Origin: Polymyxa betae A26-41
Taxonomy: Eukaryota; Protista; Endomyxa: Phytomyxea
Length of the DNA: 64,000 bases
Direction of reading: 5' to 3'
Assembly (NCBI GenBank): GCA_003693705.1
Contig: RBZT01000623.1
Span: forward strand, 1-64,000
Made by a program: the position numbers and the translations under genes. Shown here piece after piece: positions 1-10,958 of the stretch. The stretch's first letter is position 1. The number at the start of each line of letters is the position of its first letter. The notes beneath the pieces are model-generated. The model was given only the letters and a program-made list of their open reading frames with translations, was not told the DNA's origin and searched no databases.

Positions 1-468
1 CAACATCGTAGTTAAGGGTTCAAATTGTTTTTTCCCTGAAAATCCTTAGAAAATCGAACCTTTTTTTAAATTGAAAAATTCGATTCTATTATGTCGGAAG
101 CAACTGAACATGATCATGCCCATAAGATCCGGAGCCAGTTCCCTACATTGATTTCCTATCACACCCGATTCATTTCAGAATCGGATAGATCCATGCCAGC
201 TTAGGCCCAGTCTAGAGACAAACAAAACAAGCAAACTTTGTCAACGTTTTGAAAAATAGTAATTCGGAAGAGCCCCGAAGTCCGTGACTGAGCTCTAGGT
301 CGATATCATATTAAGGGCGCGGTCATATATTCGCTTTCTCCATCACCGTGCGTACTCCGAGACGGGTTTCATTCGTCCATGAGCCATATCGTTATTGGAA
401 CTGTTCATCGTCCAAAGTCCTCCTGAATTCCACCATCATGTACGTATGCAACACCTGACCGTTTTCTT

Positions 469-547
469 TTTTATGATGATTCTTGAACCAGCTACTCTGA
501 TTTAGCTAATGACAGACAAACCTTGTAATAGGGATGGGCCTGAGAAT
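469..547 (+). ncRNA. Box C/D snoRNA, probably intronic; D' guide targets LSU rRNA
   Basis: Box C ATGATGA 473-479, D' CTGA 497-500, C'-like ATGACAG 509-515, D CTGA 540-543. The 12-nt guide GAACCAGCTACT (485-496) is the exact complement of the conserved LSU rRNA segment AGUAGCUGGUUC. Preceded by a GTATG donor-like site (444) and a U-tract; no ORF in 1-815. Confidence 0.8.
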
Positions 548-997
548 CCATCCTTAACTGACTTCTTACTGTTGTTTTTCCTTTCTTATCTCTCTCTATA
601 ATCGATAATAACGTTCGTTTTGTTCATAGGTATCGGAGCTCTTTCTCAAACAACCTTTTGACTCTAACTAATAAACCGTCTCTTCTGCCAACACTTTCCA
701 TTTTGCCATACAGTAGTTCTATCTAATAGTCAGATTTGTTTTATTCAGCATTGCGTGTTGAAATCCTTGACGGAACGATAAGTTCGAGACAAAGGAACTG
801 CCCAATGGTGCCTGATTAAATAGAAACCCGTTTCGTATATAAATCAATACAATTTGGGTCATCTCTTACACAATAGAATGATATAAGTAGATTTATTACA
901 AAACAGGAGTGCTCTATATTATGGATATGGTGATGATCTCTACTTTTCATCGAGCAGCTTCTCCAGCATTCAAGACGCACAGAACAGATGGTGTTTT

Positions 998-1760
998 TCA
1001 ATCTTGACAGCAGCGCTGATCCTGGATCAGCAGCAGACCGAGCTCGGCCGCCAGACGACTCGACCCGATCCGTTCCTGCAATCGGTTTCGAAGCTGAGCG
1101 CCCGCTTCGAATCCAGCATTGCAGGAATGTCGTAGAATACAATCGTACAGAAACTGAGCCAGGCGCTCACCGTGATCGTGATTGGCCAGCATTGATAAAA
1201 TATCAGCCAGGACGTCCGATCGAATCTCTCGACGCCCGGATAGATCGCTCGCTAACCTCCAAAGCATCTCCGCATTCAGTCGAATCGCTTCTGATTGCTT
1301 CCAAATGACATCAGTAATCGATCTGATACGAAATCTTCATAACACCACAGAACAATGCAAGTTTTTTGGAGAAAACAAAAAAAATGCAAAAAATTGTACC
1401 AGATTCGACTACCTGGCTCCAGATTTCATAGAAAAGCGATAAATCTTGCAGCCTGGAGCTCCATCTCAATAATTTCAAGGAAGACGGAGGTCGCATTCGT
1501 CGATTGAGCGAGGCGAACACGTCCTGGACCTGGCCATGCCGGACCATGGCCTGACAACGAATCTGGAGATGAAGGTCGGAGAGCGGATCGGCGACGGTGT
1601 CGTAGACGTCCTGGAACCGGTCCAGAGGCAGCTGACGGCAGCATCGCCAGAGTAGCTGATCGATCTGACGCTGGAGATGGCCTGGACGTGGCCGACGCTG
1701 GGCTCGAATGTGTCGGATCTGACGGGAGACGGCAGCGAGACATGACTCGAGCCCGATCAT
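998..1760 (-). CDS. Hypothetical protein, probably 2 exons
   Basis: Two GC-rich minus-strand ORFs (1311-1760, 998-1267) separated by an AT/U-rich intron-like stretch; joinable in frame at CAG|GTAG...GAAG|CAA. No recognised motif. Confidence 0.4.
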
Positions 1761-2301
1761 CCCCGATATGATAATGACGACAAATTTGGGGATTGTCTCA
1801 GGGCTAAACGCAGATGTAACAGACTCTATAGAGAGCCATTTTCGACAGGTTGCTCACAATTTACAAACCCTAAACCCTAATGATTTTCTGCTAGAGGTTG
1901 AGAAGCATGCCGAATTGATGACGCCATCCAGAATGGGTTTTGGCTTCAATATTCGTTTCGAATGATGTCGAGCATATGGCTTTTCTGCTTCGGCAGAATG
2001 AAAGGCGGCAATTTATCAAACAGGAACCGAATGTGGTATTGGATCTGGCAATTGCGAATCCGTTGAGTATCTCGGGAAAGGGATGGCGCCTTCATCAACA
2101 GCCAATAGAACCCGCGTTGGGTGTCCACCTCGATAGTTGTTGAGAATCCTGATGGACGAAGACATCAGTGACTCCATGACATGGAGATTTGGACTCCAAT
2201 TTCGAAAAATTCCAAAACGTCAAGAACCACACCCAAATGTTCGAATAAAATCCCAATCCTGCATGACAGTCAGGCGTAATTAGAATGATATTTATTATGT
2301 A

Positions 2302-2687
2302 CTCCCTCCGTCCCTCCGTTTAAATTTAAGTGTCGGAAATGGCTTTGAGAAATATTCAAATTCAGTATAAGTGTCGCAACTTTTGTCTCACATTGACAAT
2401 TGTCCATTTTAGAATTGAGAGCATTTCCACCTACCTATCGTAGTAGAGATGATCACGTTACCTCTGGAAGGCTGCGGCGTCTTCCTCATTACATTGCTTT
2501 CATTTGTGGAATTTATTATGGAATCTGAGCTGCACATAATATGCAAACCAATTTTTGCTCAAATTGCATCTGGTGATGCAGGGATCAGGGATCACATGTT
2601 CCTACCAACTTCATGGAACATGATTGAAAACTGACCTTAATCCGTCGCCCAGTCGATTTTCCGGCACTTAACCTTAAGCGGAGGGAG
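2302..2687. mobile_element. Stowaway-like (Tc1/mariner-derived) MITE
   Basis: Left end TA|CTCCCTCCG(TCCCTCCG)TTTAAATTTAAGTGTCGGAAA; right end TTTCCGGCACTTAACCTTAAGCGGAGGGAG|TG. This is a ~30-bp imperfect TIR beginning CTCCCTCCG; AT-rich interior, no transposase. Confidence 0.8.
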
Positions 2688-3504
2688 TGCATTTTTTGTC
2701 ATTGCAAGTGGTTGACAGACGTATGAATTGTCAGCTTACGCAGATGCATGGATATATCTGCGAATGATGACGGCCGCTTTGGTGTGGTTGTTTTTGCGTT
2801 TGTAATGAGATCTATACGTACGGACAGGCCCAACATGACCTCATGACAAACTACCACAGTAACGAATCAAGTGTGAAAAAATTGCGTACTGACTGCAAGC
2901 ATGCAGTTCTGACTGGTAGTATAAACGAATCGACAGTTCGATGACCTATGAAAACACTTAATCAAACATCTGTTGTTGCAATTTTATTATTGCAAAGCTG
3001 TTGTCTGGAAATCAGGATAATGTACCACAAAACTTTCCATCTTATGATTGCCATCAAGAATTTTCTGCGAATGTCTATTATGGACCATAATGGTGATCGA
3101 TAATGGAGGGACAGCGCGATAATCATGATTCCATAATGGACCATAAAGGGTTGCGTAATGACTAATGACCCATTTTGGAATTCCTTACCAGAGGCGCATT
3201 TTTTTATCCATTTTTCTCAGTAACCAAAAGGCTGTACCAGTCCATCAGCAATGTGTTAAATCCAACAATCTTTTCGATTTATGTAAATATTTTTTCCGAA
3301 GTCCATTTTTCGTCTTTAAAACTTGCATTCGAATAAAGTGCGCAGAGGTGGTTATTTGCCCGAAATTTACGGTACTTGTGTGCCGATAACCAGTTTGAGC
3401 GGTATGCATGGAATTATATAGGTAGCAAATTGACGTTTTTTATGTCATTGCCGTATGGTCGAGATGACTTCAGGATATTATAAAGGAGTGTGTACCAGAA
3501 TGGT

Positions 3505-4473
3505 TTATATTTGCTCTAAGGTTTCGTCCAGCTTTGAAAGATGTTCGATTGACGCCATTCCGGTCCGCAGGAAGCTCAGAGGCAACGAATGCCGCTTGCC
3601 TGTCTTTGAATCTACAATGTTCACATCTGCAATGGTGATGAGAGTCATACATCATTGACGGGAGGGGGAAATACCAACCTGTGCTGGTGATTGATTCAAT
3701 GATTCCAGTGCGACCGTCGCCATGCTGACCGCAATCGACGCGGTCGCCGATCTGAAATTTGATATTCCCAACGTACAGGACGTCGTCCTCGACGCGGACT
3801 AGATCGCACCTGGGCGACGTCGGCTGCGCGGCGGTGAACGGTTTTGTGATCCTCTTGAGATCGGATCGGATCTCGTCTTCGGACAGTTTGATCTTGACAG
3901 TTACCGGCTTCTGCTGGCTCTGCAAAGCGGCCGCCGACGACCGCGTCGAAGCTGCCTGCATTGTTGATGGCATCCGCGCCTTCTTCCTTAGCATTTGTGG
4001 TGACGAAACCCCATTCGTATCGTTGTATCGCCTGCGATTGCGTTTGACATCGTCTAGTAAGCGATTACGCAAACATCGCACATCCTCCTACACACAAAAT
4101 AAAGATTTTGTGAAATAAAATTTACAAACCGACGTTATATTGGTCGATGGCAGCCTTGACGGCGCCGTCGAATTCGTTCTCGATATTCATAATACGGTCA
4201 TTACGCCACGTCTCGGCCGAGGCGATTAGTTCGGCTTTGCGGCGCTGGATATCTGCCAGGCCCTCCTGCAAGCGTTGATGTGAGCCGTTCTCGATCGCCT
4301 CCACCTCCTTATCGAATGACGCCATTCGATCGCAGGGCAGGCGGAAGAACGGACGCCCGGTCGACGCCGTGCTGCGGAGGCGCGCCCGCTTTCCGTTCGT
4401 CTGCATGAGATCTGCACACGGAGATTCAGGCGATGCCAGGGCTGGACCAGAACCACACGAATCGACCTCGCAT
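3505..4473 (-). CDS. SDS3/BRMS1-like Sin3-HDAC complex subunit (about 4 exons; start uncertain)
   Basis: Coiled coil EVEAIENGSHQRLQEGLADIQRRK..NIENEFD, then LSEDEIRSDL and a C-terminal VRVEDDVLYVG..FQIGDRV..GIIESI module resembling SUDS3; GT-AG introns link the ORF pieces. Confidence 0.7.
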
Positions 4474-5034
4474 AATGACGCCTCTATCGCAGTCTGTATG
4501 TGTATGAGGATCTCGGGAGCTGTGTGAGCACTAGTAGTAGTAATAGTAGCTGGGTCGGGGGGCGATATTGCAGCTGATTTCCACCTATATAGGCTCACGC
4601 AATTTTTCCCTCTTCCAGGCCTTGCTGTCTATGAAAAATTTGGAAGAGGTTTACGTTACATTTGGGACGATCGGGGTGCTGGTGGTTGTGTGCCACCCCA
4701 ACTGGGATGCCGGCATGGCATAGATGGTCGGCTCGAGGCATCAATGATGGTGTGTCGGAGGCACAACACACCCCGACAGGGTAGGAGGCCAGCAACGACG
4801 CTACCAGGGACCGGCGTCGAGCGCCTTTCTCCCGATCTGTGATAGCGCTTGCTGCGCCGATCTAGCTTCAATTACAGCGTGGCAAGCGGAAGGATATAAG
4901 AAACAAGAGCAGGCTTCGGCTATTTTAAAATAAACAGCTATTGAAGGCATCTCCTTCTCAGCTTCTAACAGGCATCGCATTCTAGAACGGAGCGTTTACG
5001 TTACATAGCTAGGGTTTGGACGACAGTAGATGTA

Positions 5035-6342
5035 TTACGTAGCGAATAGATGGGTGAATAGGTGGTCCACGTCATAATCGAAAACGATGTCCCTACTGCA
5101 GGGCGCCATGAAGTTCACGATCTTCTCGTGGACCACGAACTTGATTTTACGTCCCTTGCTGGCGCGCCGATCAACCTGTTTCCCGGCCGGGTCGCTGCTG
5201 CCACGACGAGAGACGCGCCCGATGGCAGCCGCCTCCTCATTCGCTGAGCTGATCAGCTCCTTGAGCAGCAGATGATAGAAATCGGTATCGTCGAAAACTT
5301 CGGCGGCTTGATCGGACGCCAGAGCGCTCACCTGATTCTTGTTTAGGAACGCTCGTTGTCTTAATGGTTCCATATCAGCCAGATTTGTCTTTATCTGAGC
5401 CAACACGCTCTGATTCAGCGCCTTGAATTTTTTGTTGTTTAAGGCATGACCACCAGCAGCGACCTGCGTCCTTCGGTTCCAATAATCGATAGTGGATTCA
5501 CGGCCGGATCGCGTTGCCTCGAATCGGGCGTCGATCTCGGACCAGATCGCGTCCAGATCGGGTCGCTGTCTCTTCTTGACGTTGATCGCCTTGACTTCCA
5601 CCGACCCAAAGATGCCAGAAGCATTGAGAAGGCGGGATTCGAGATGTGTCAGATCGGCTAACACGTCGGATAGCAGATCGGCTGAGGTTCGGAACGAATC
5701 GGCGATCTCGACGGATTGATCGCAAACCAGATCGAAGTCGTCGCCGTATGGAAGCCGCCCGATCATCTGCAGCGGTTTCTGAAGGCTCATTCGCAGGTCC
5801 AGGGCGGATTCGTACAGCTTGCGCTGGTGACGAACTGAGGCAGCTTGAACCTGGTCCTGCTCTTTCGAGCGGCTGCTGTCCAAAAGAAAAGTCGAATCTT
5901 CGCGTTCCAGATCGGCTAACGCCTTCACAGCATCGTTGTTCGACGAGATGGCAGGAATGGTTTCAACGATCGCGGAAACGTCGTTTTCGCTTTCGACTGC
6001 ATCGTCTTCGGATTGAAGCATTTCTTCTTCCTCGCTCTCAGATTCAAACGCTTCCTCTTCGTCGGCTTCGGATTCTTCGACGTCATTGGAATCATAATCG
6101 AGCTGTTTTCTACTGACTCTCTCTATGAGCTCATCGTTATCTGTGTTGGTATTTTGCCTGGCATGACGCCGACGGCGAATTTCCTGCGCTGTGAGCTCTT
6201 GTTCAGAACCGCTATCGTCGTCAACTCGGGCGCTCTCTCCGATCTGTTCTGGATCGATATCTTGATATTGCGAGCGAGAAACAGATCCCTCCCATTGGCG
6301 TCTGTGGGCGTTGGTCGATTTGGGGATTCTTGGGGCGCCCAT
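5035..6342 (-). CDS. BFR2: AATF/Bfr2 pre-rRNA processing factor (intronless)
   Basis: Acidic N-terminus, LDLRMSLQK segment, FDDTDFYHLLLKELI and the TRAUB motif DRRASKGRKIKFVVHEKIVNFMAP. Confidence 0.92.
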   Translation of the reverse strand: MGAPRIPKSTNAHRRQWEGSVSRSQYQDIDPEQIGESARVDDDSGSEQELTAQEIRRRRHARQNTNTDNDELIERVSRKQLDYDSNDVEESEADEEEAFESESEEEEMLQSEDDAVESENDVSAIVETIPAISSNNDAVKALADLEREDSTFLLDSSRSKEQDQVQAASVRHQRKLYESALDLRMSLQKPLQMIGRLPYGDDFDLVCDQSVEIADSFRTSADLLSDVLADLTHLESRLLNASGIFGSVEVKAINVKKRQRPDLDAIWSEIDARFEATRSGRESTIDYWNRRTQVAAGGHALNNKKFKALNQSVLAQIKTNLADMEPLRQRAFLNKNQVSALASDQAAEVFDDTDFYHLLLKELISSANEEAAAIGRVSRRGSSDPAGKQVDRRASKGRKIKFVVHEKIVNFMAPCSRDIVFDYDVDHLFTHLFAT

Positions 6343-6785
6343 TTTCAGAATCCTTTGGAAAAAATTACGGAGTCCGTGAAAGACCCGAACATCATGTCCT
6401 CAAAATGTTTTCATCAATTCTCTTAAATTGAAATTCTGTAATCAATGTAAGACTCTTGAGGCCTCGTCTTTCTGGTTTTTGATATGTTAACAAAACGATC
6501 GACGATGAAGTCATCTCTTCAGTTGCTAGTTGATATGAACTTGGTTTGGTTTTCGACAATAGGAACTGGATTGGGTTAGATTGTGAATCCAGTGTAAATT
6601 CATTTCTAATAAATCGTTTTTCATCGGTTGTTCCGCTTTTTGTATAGTTGTGCAAATTTAAAACAGCAAAAAAAAAACGTTTTGAAAAGTCCGTCAGGAG
6701 TCCGTAATTGATCTGGCCTACTTGATTTAAGAAATCTCCCAGAAATTCTTGTTCGTTACAGGCGGCCAGTTCCTGATTTGAAACC

Positions 6786-8418
6786 ATGGGGAAAGTGGCA
6801 AAGCCCGAGAAGCCTCGCAGAATCAAGAGAGGCGGTAAGAAAAGTCGTGAATCGCTCGGCGTCGAGATCGAGGAGCACAACCTCTCCAAACATGGAATTT
6901 TGTCTACCAAAAATTTGCCGAAATCTGATGACGAAGCCGACCAGGTTTGCCCGATTTTGTCATCATGCTGTCTTATTTGACTCGGCAAAGATGGAGGTTT
7001 ATGACGAGAACGAGCTGGAGACTATCTCTGCCGACCTGACAGCCAAGATCTTAAAGCAGGCCCAAGAACAGCAGGCCGAACTCAGCGATCGCGAAGACAA
7101 TGACGCCAAACCACGACAGTTCTCCTTCAACGATATCGAATTCGACGTTGAAGAGATGGAAGGTCCGTTAGCGATTGTTACCGATCATCTTAATTTGATT
7201 TTGCTGTGGCAGAGGACGACCTCGGCGCCGAACCTGTTGACGTTGCGGCCGACATCAGCCCCGAGGAGGAGGCCATGCTTTCCATGTACATGTCTGGGGC
7301 GGCGCCGGTCCGCCGCACGCTCGCCGACCTCATCATGGAAAAGATCCGCGAGAAGGAGGAGCGCCAGCCCCAGGGCTCCGTCGCCCACAACCAGATCTCC
7401 GAGAAGGTCCAGCTTGTCTACAGCCAGATTGGCACGCTTATGTCCAGATTTCGATCAGGTTCGCTTGTTTGTTCCTGTATGGCTATCGTCTAACCGTTGC
7501 GTAGGAAAGCTGCCGAAAGCGCTGAAGGTGATCCCATCGCTGAAAAACTGGGAGGAGATTCTGCAGCTGACGAAGCCCGAGGAGTGGACGGCCCAGGCGC
7601 TGGCCGCCATCACGCGCCTATTCGCGTCCAATTTCAACTCGCGAATGGCACAGCGCTTCTACAACCTCGTCCTGCTGCCGCGAATCCGCTCCGATATCGA
7701 GACCCATAAGAAGCTCAACTTCCATCTGTTAGTTCACCGCCCTCGTCGTTGGCAGCGTCTGATCTTGTGTTTACAGGTATATGGCGATGCGAAAGGCGGT
7801 GTTCAAGCCAGCCGCCTTATTCAAAGGCATCGTCCTGCCACTGGCCGAGGACGCATGCACCGCCCGCGAAGCCATCATCGTCTGCTCGATTCTGGCCAAG
7901 ATCTCCATCCCGATGATTCATTCAGGTGCGGCTATTCTGAAGCTCAGCCAGATGCCGTATTCCGGGCCGAACTGCGTCTTCATCAAAACACTTCTCAACA
8001 AGAAGTATTCGTTGCCTTATCAGGTTCTTTCGATTTTGATTTATATATTTTTCCTGACAATCGCGATTAGGTGATTTCCGGCCTCGTTAAATATTTCGAT
8101 TCGTTCAACACGGACGATCGCGCCATGCCTGTTATCTGGCATCAGACCTTCCTGATGTTCGCTCAACGTTATAAGAATGTGATTACACCGTAAGGACGTT
8201 TTCAACGGTCGTGGCTATCATTGATTGGAACTTCAAGGGAGCATAAAGAGCGATTGAAGCACGTTCTCAGGAAGCACGAACATCATCAGATCACGGGCGA
8301 GATCCGACGAGAGCTGTTCGCAGCGCCATCAGCCGTCCCGAGACCATCGATTGGCGAAGGCGTGTTGGATCGTCGAACCATGGCGGCCGCCATCAAATTC
8401 TCCAATAAACAAAAGTAA
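6786..8418 (+). CDS. ENP1: Bystin/Enp1 40S biogenesis factor (about 7 exons)
   Basis: Spliced motifs: [82 protein letters not shown]. Confidence 0.93.
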
Positions 8419-8500
8419 TTGGGTTTCTAATGGATTCGCGACCGGCCGGTACTTGGCCGCCGTCGAAAACCTTTCAATCTTTAGTTTGTCGGTTCTATTG

Positions 8501-8525
8501 GAGAGAGAGAGAGAGAGGGAGAGAG
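8501..8525 (+). repeat. (GA)n microsatellite
   Basis: ggagagagagagagagggagagag, between the convergent bystin and ALKBH8 genes. Confidence 0.8.
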
Positions 8526-8687
8526 CCTGCAACCTCTCCCCTCTCATTCTCTATTCTACTATCAGGCTACGAAGTTTGAAGACGAAGAGTAAATGTTACA
8601 ACGAGAGAGGGAGAGAAGCGAAGACGCAGAGTTATGTTACAATAAGAGAAACAGAGTCAGAGAGTGTCTCTCCCCTCTTTATCATCA

Positions 8688-10404
8688 CTATTCTATCCTC
8701 TTCCTGATCGTCACGAGCCAGTTCGAGGCATCGTAGACCTCAGAGACGACCTCGGCGCCGGCGATCTGTCTGACCAATTCGGGGATCTCGCCTTGGGCGT
8801 ACATGTGGCAGAAACGCTGGACGATGGTCTCGTCGCCGTCTTTCAGGAATCGGCTTGTCTTCTGCCACGGCACGAAACAGTCGCGATCCAGGAAGCGTCT
8901 TCGTGAGGTTTGATCTTGCTCAATGGCCCAGGCCACGACTAAGATGGAACCGCCTGGGCGAACGATTCGAACGAGCTCCGATAACAGCAGCAATCGACGA
9001 GGAACGTTCGAGATATGGTGAAGAACAGCTACGGATAATGCTGCATCGACGGAACCACTTCTGATTGGAACATATAATGCATCGCAGACGCCCACCTCGG
9101 ATGGTGGCAGGCGTTCTTTGCAATGATGCACCAAGCTCTCGCATCGATCGAATCCGACGATATAGCTACCTGGATTGATACAGGACAGGTATTTGCCATT
9201 ACCGCAGCCGATATCAGCAATGAACGAGAACGTTGGCAACTCTTTGATGAATTTCTCGACAAGAGGCCATGGCTTATACCTAACAATCGTTGTTATGAAC
9301 TGGTGCTGCGTGAAGCCAAATAACGAACCGAGTTGAAGAGAAATGGTCAGCGATCTTATCATAGAAGCCGTGGACATAGTCGATCTCGACCTGGGGCGAT
9401 CTATACACTGCTTCAGGATCGCATTCAGGGCGAGCAACTTCCTCAGATTGGCTTGGACGATTACGATCGCAATGTTCCGGATAATCGCATTGGCATTGTT
9501 TGCAAGTATTCACAGTCCGATAAGTCAGCGATATGCGACCGGATCGAGGGCGAATCTCGCCATCAATACGATCGTATTGACGGGCGCGTATAGTGTGCTT
9601 CCAGCGATAACGAGATTCGCCGGTCATCACGAATAAGCATCGCCGGGGTAGGTAAATGTTCACCTTTCGCGATTCGTCTGCGAGATCGATAAAGGTGATC
9701 ACCGACTCTCCTTGCAAAGACAGAGAAGCGACTCCGTCCAGGAACGAGCTGTGCCGATCGCAATGCGGTGGAATACCGGCCCCTGGATCGTAGCGATTGA
9801 TCGTCATCTGGTCAGACTCGAACGGCGTGAGACCTTCGCGATACATTCGCTGGGCAATGGCCTTAAACTGTTCCGGTATCGGTTCGCATCGAGAATGAAG
9901 GTCGATTTCGTTATTGGTATAATCGAACGCATAGCCGAAATGCGACACGCGTCGTAAATCGAGCTTGGACCAGTTCGGGATTTTCGAAACAGCCTCAATT
10001 AGCTCGGCTTCCTGTTTAAGATCGATACAATCCGGAACAAATTTGCATCCGGGGATGACACCATCCGGTTGGAAATCGGTCGAGATATTCGGCAGACCAT
10101 CGAAAGCATCGGATCGAAGTTTGCAGTAATGGACGATCAGAGTCCGACCAGACCATTCGGGAATAGTGTTTATCGAGTCGCGGATCTTTTCACACGATTC
10201 TGCAGAGTCCATGGTCACGAACAGATGCGCCTTTTTAATAGGCATCTCCAGGTTTCGAACCTGGCCGAAATTCTGCAACGTATCCAAAACGAATCGTTCC
10301 GAGTCGCCAACACGGTCTCCGACGCCCCGAATTATAATGTGCTCAGATTTAGGCGCCGTTCTACAGGGTTTATAAGAGACATCGTCACTGTGTAAGACGG
10401 TCAT
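8688..10404 (-). CDS. ALKBH8: ALKBH8-type tRNA wobble-uridine enzyme (RRM + AlkB + Zn finger + Trm9 methyltransferase), 2 exons
   Basis: RRM-like N-terminus; RRVSHFGYAFDY, NRYDPGAGIPPHCD, RYRWKH, RISLTYR (AlkB); CQCDYPEHCD; YDKIADHFSSTR|YKPWP, DIGCGNGKY, AVLHH (Trm9). Confidence 0.92.
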
Positions 10405-10958
10405 CTGGACGGTGACTTCCCAGAATGTAAGCCAGATCGCCAACAGATTCTGCAATCCACGCAAATGTTGGATTATCTCGCAAAATCCGCAAATGTTTGC
10501 GTGTCTATTTTTCAAAATTCTTCACCAAGTCTGATTCGAACTAGAGAATAGAGATCATGGCTAACAGCTGGGTATTCTTTGCAGCCAATAACCCTTGTGA
10601 AAACATCATGATTTTGGAATTTTCCTGCAGAGAATTAGAGCTTGTTTCCTACAATTCGATGTGAAATCGATCAATAGCAATTCGTCGTGCCCTTCATCAA
10701 ACTGTACGATAAACATCTCAGAAACATTTTATAAGAATTGATTGCTAATACAATACGTATATGAGCTGATAGTCCCAGTTTTTAAGGTTGCATACCAGCA
10801 TATGGCCCATTTCTGAGATACTGCCTCTCGTATTGGGACATATCGCTCAACTATAATATCCATCGCCGTCGTCCATATCCGAGCCATCCTTCACCCAGGC
10901 CCGCCATACACCAGGATACATCTATTGGGCTGGGTGATCTTGGCCCATCGTTATCAGA

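Noticed and set aside
265-376. RNase MRP/P-like P4 halves (GGAAGAGCCCCG ... CGGGTTTCATTC)
   Set aside because: Imperfect pairing, non-consensus CR-I and spacing too short.
551-569. U12-type branch point TCCTTAAC
   Set aside because: No matching RTATCCT donor upstream.
1768-2181. Short ORFs, possibly a small LYR-like gene on the minus strand
   Set aside because: Motif too weak and exon structure not supportable.
3077-3146. Repeated ATGGACCATAA quasi-palindromes
   Set aside because: Only two copies, with no TIR/TSD or other context to interpret.
6778-8070. 430-aa ORF as a single protein
   Set aside because: Chimeric read-through of bystin exons and introns in mixed frames.
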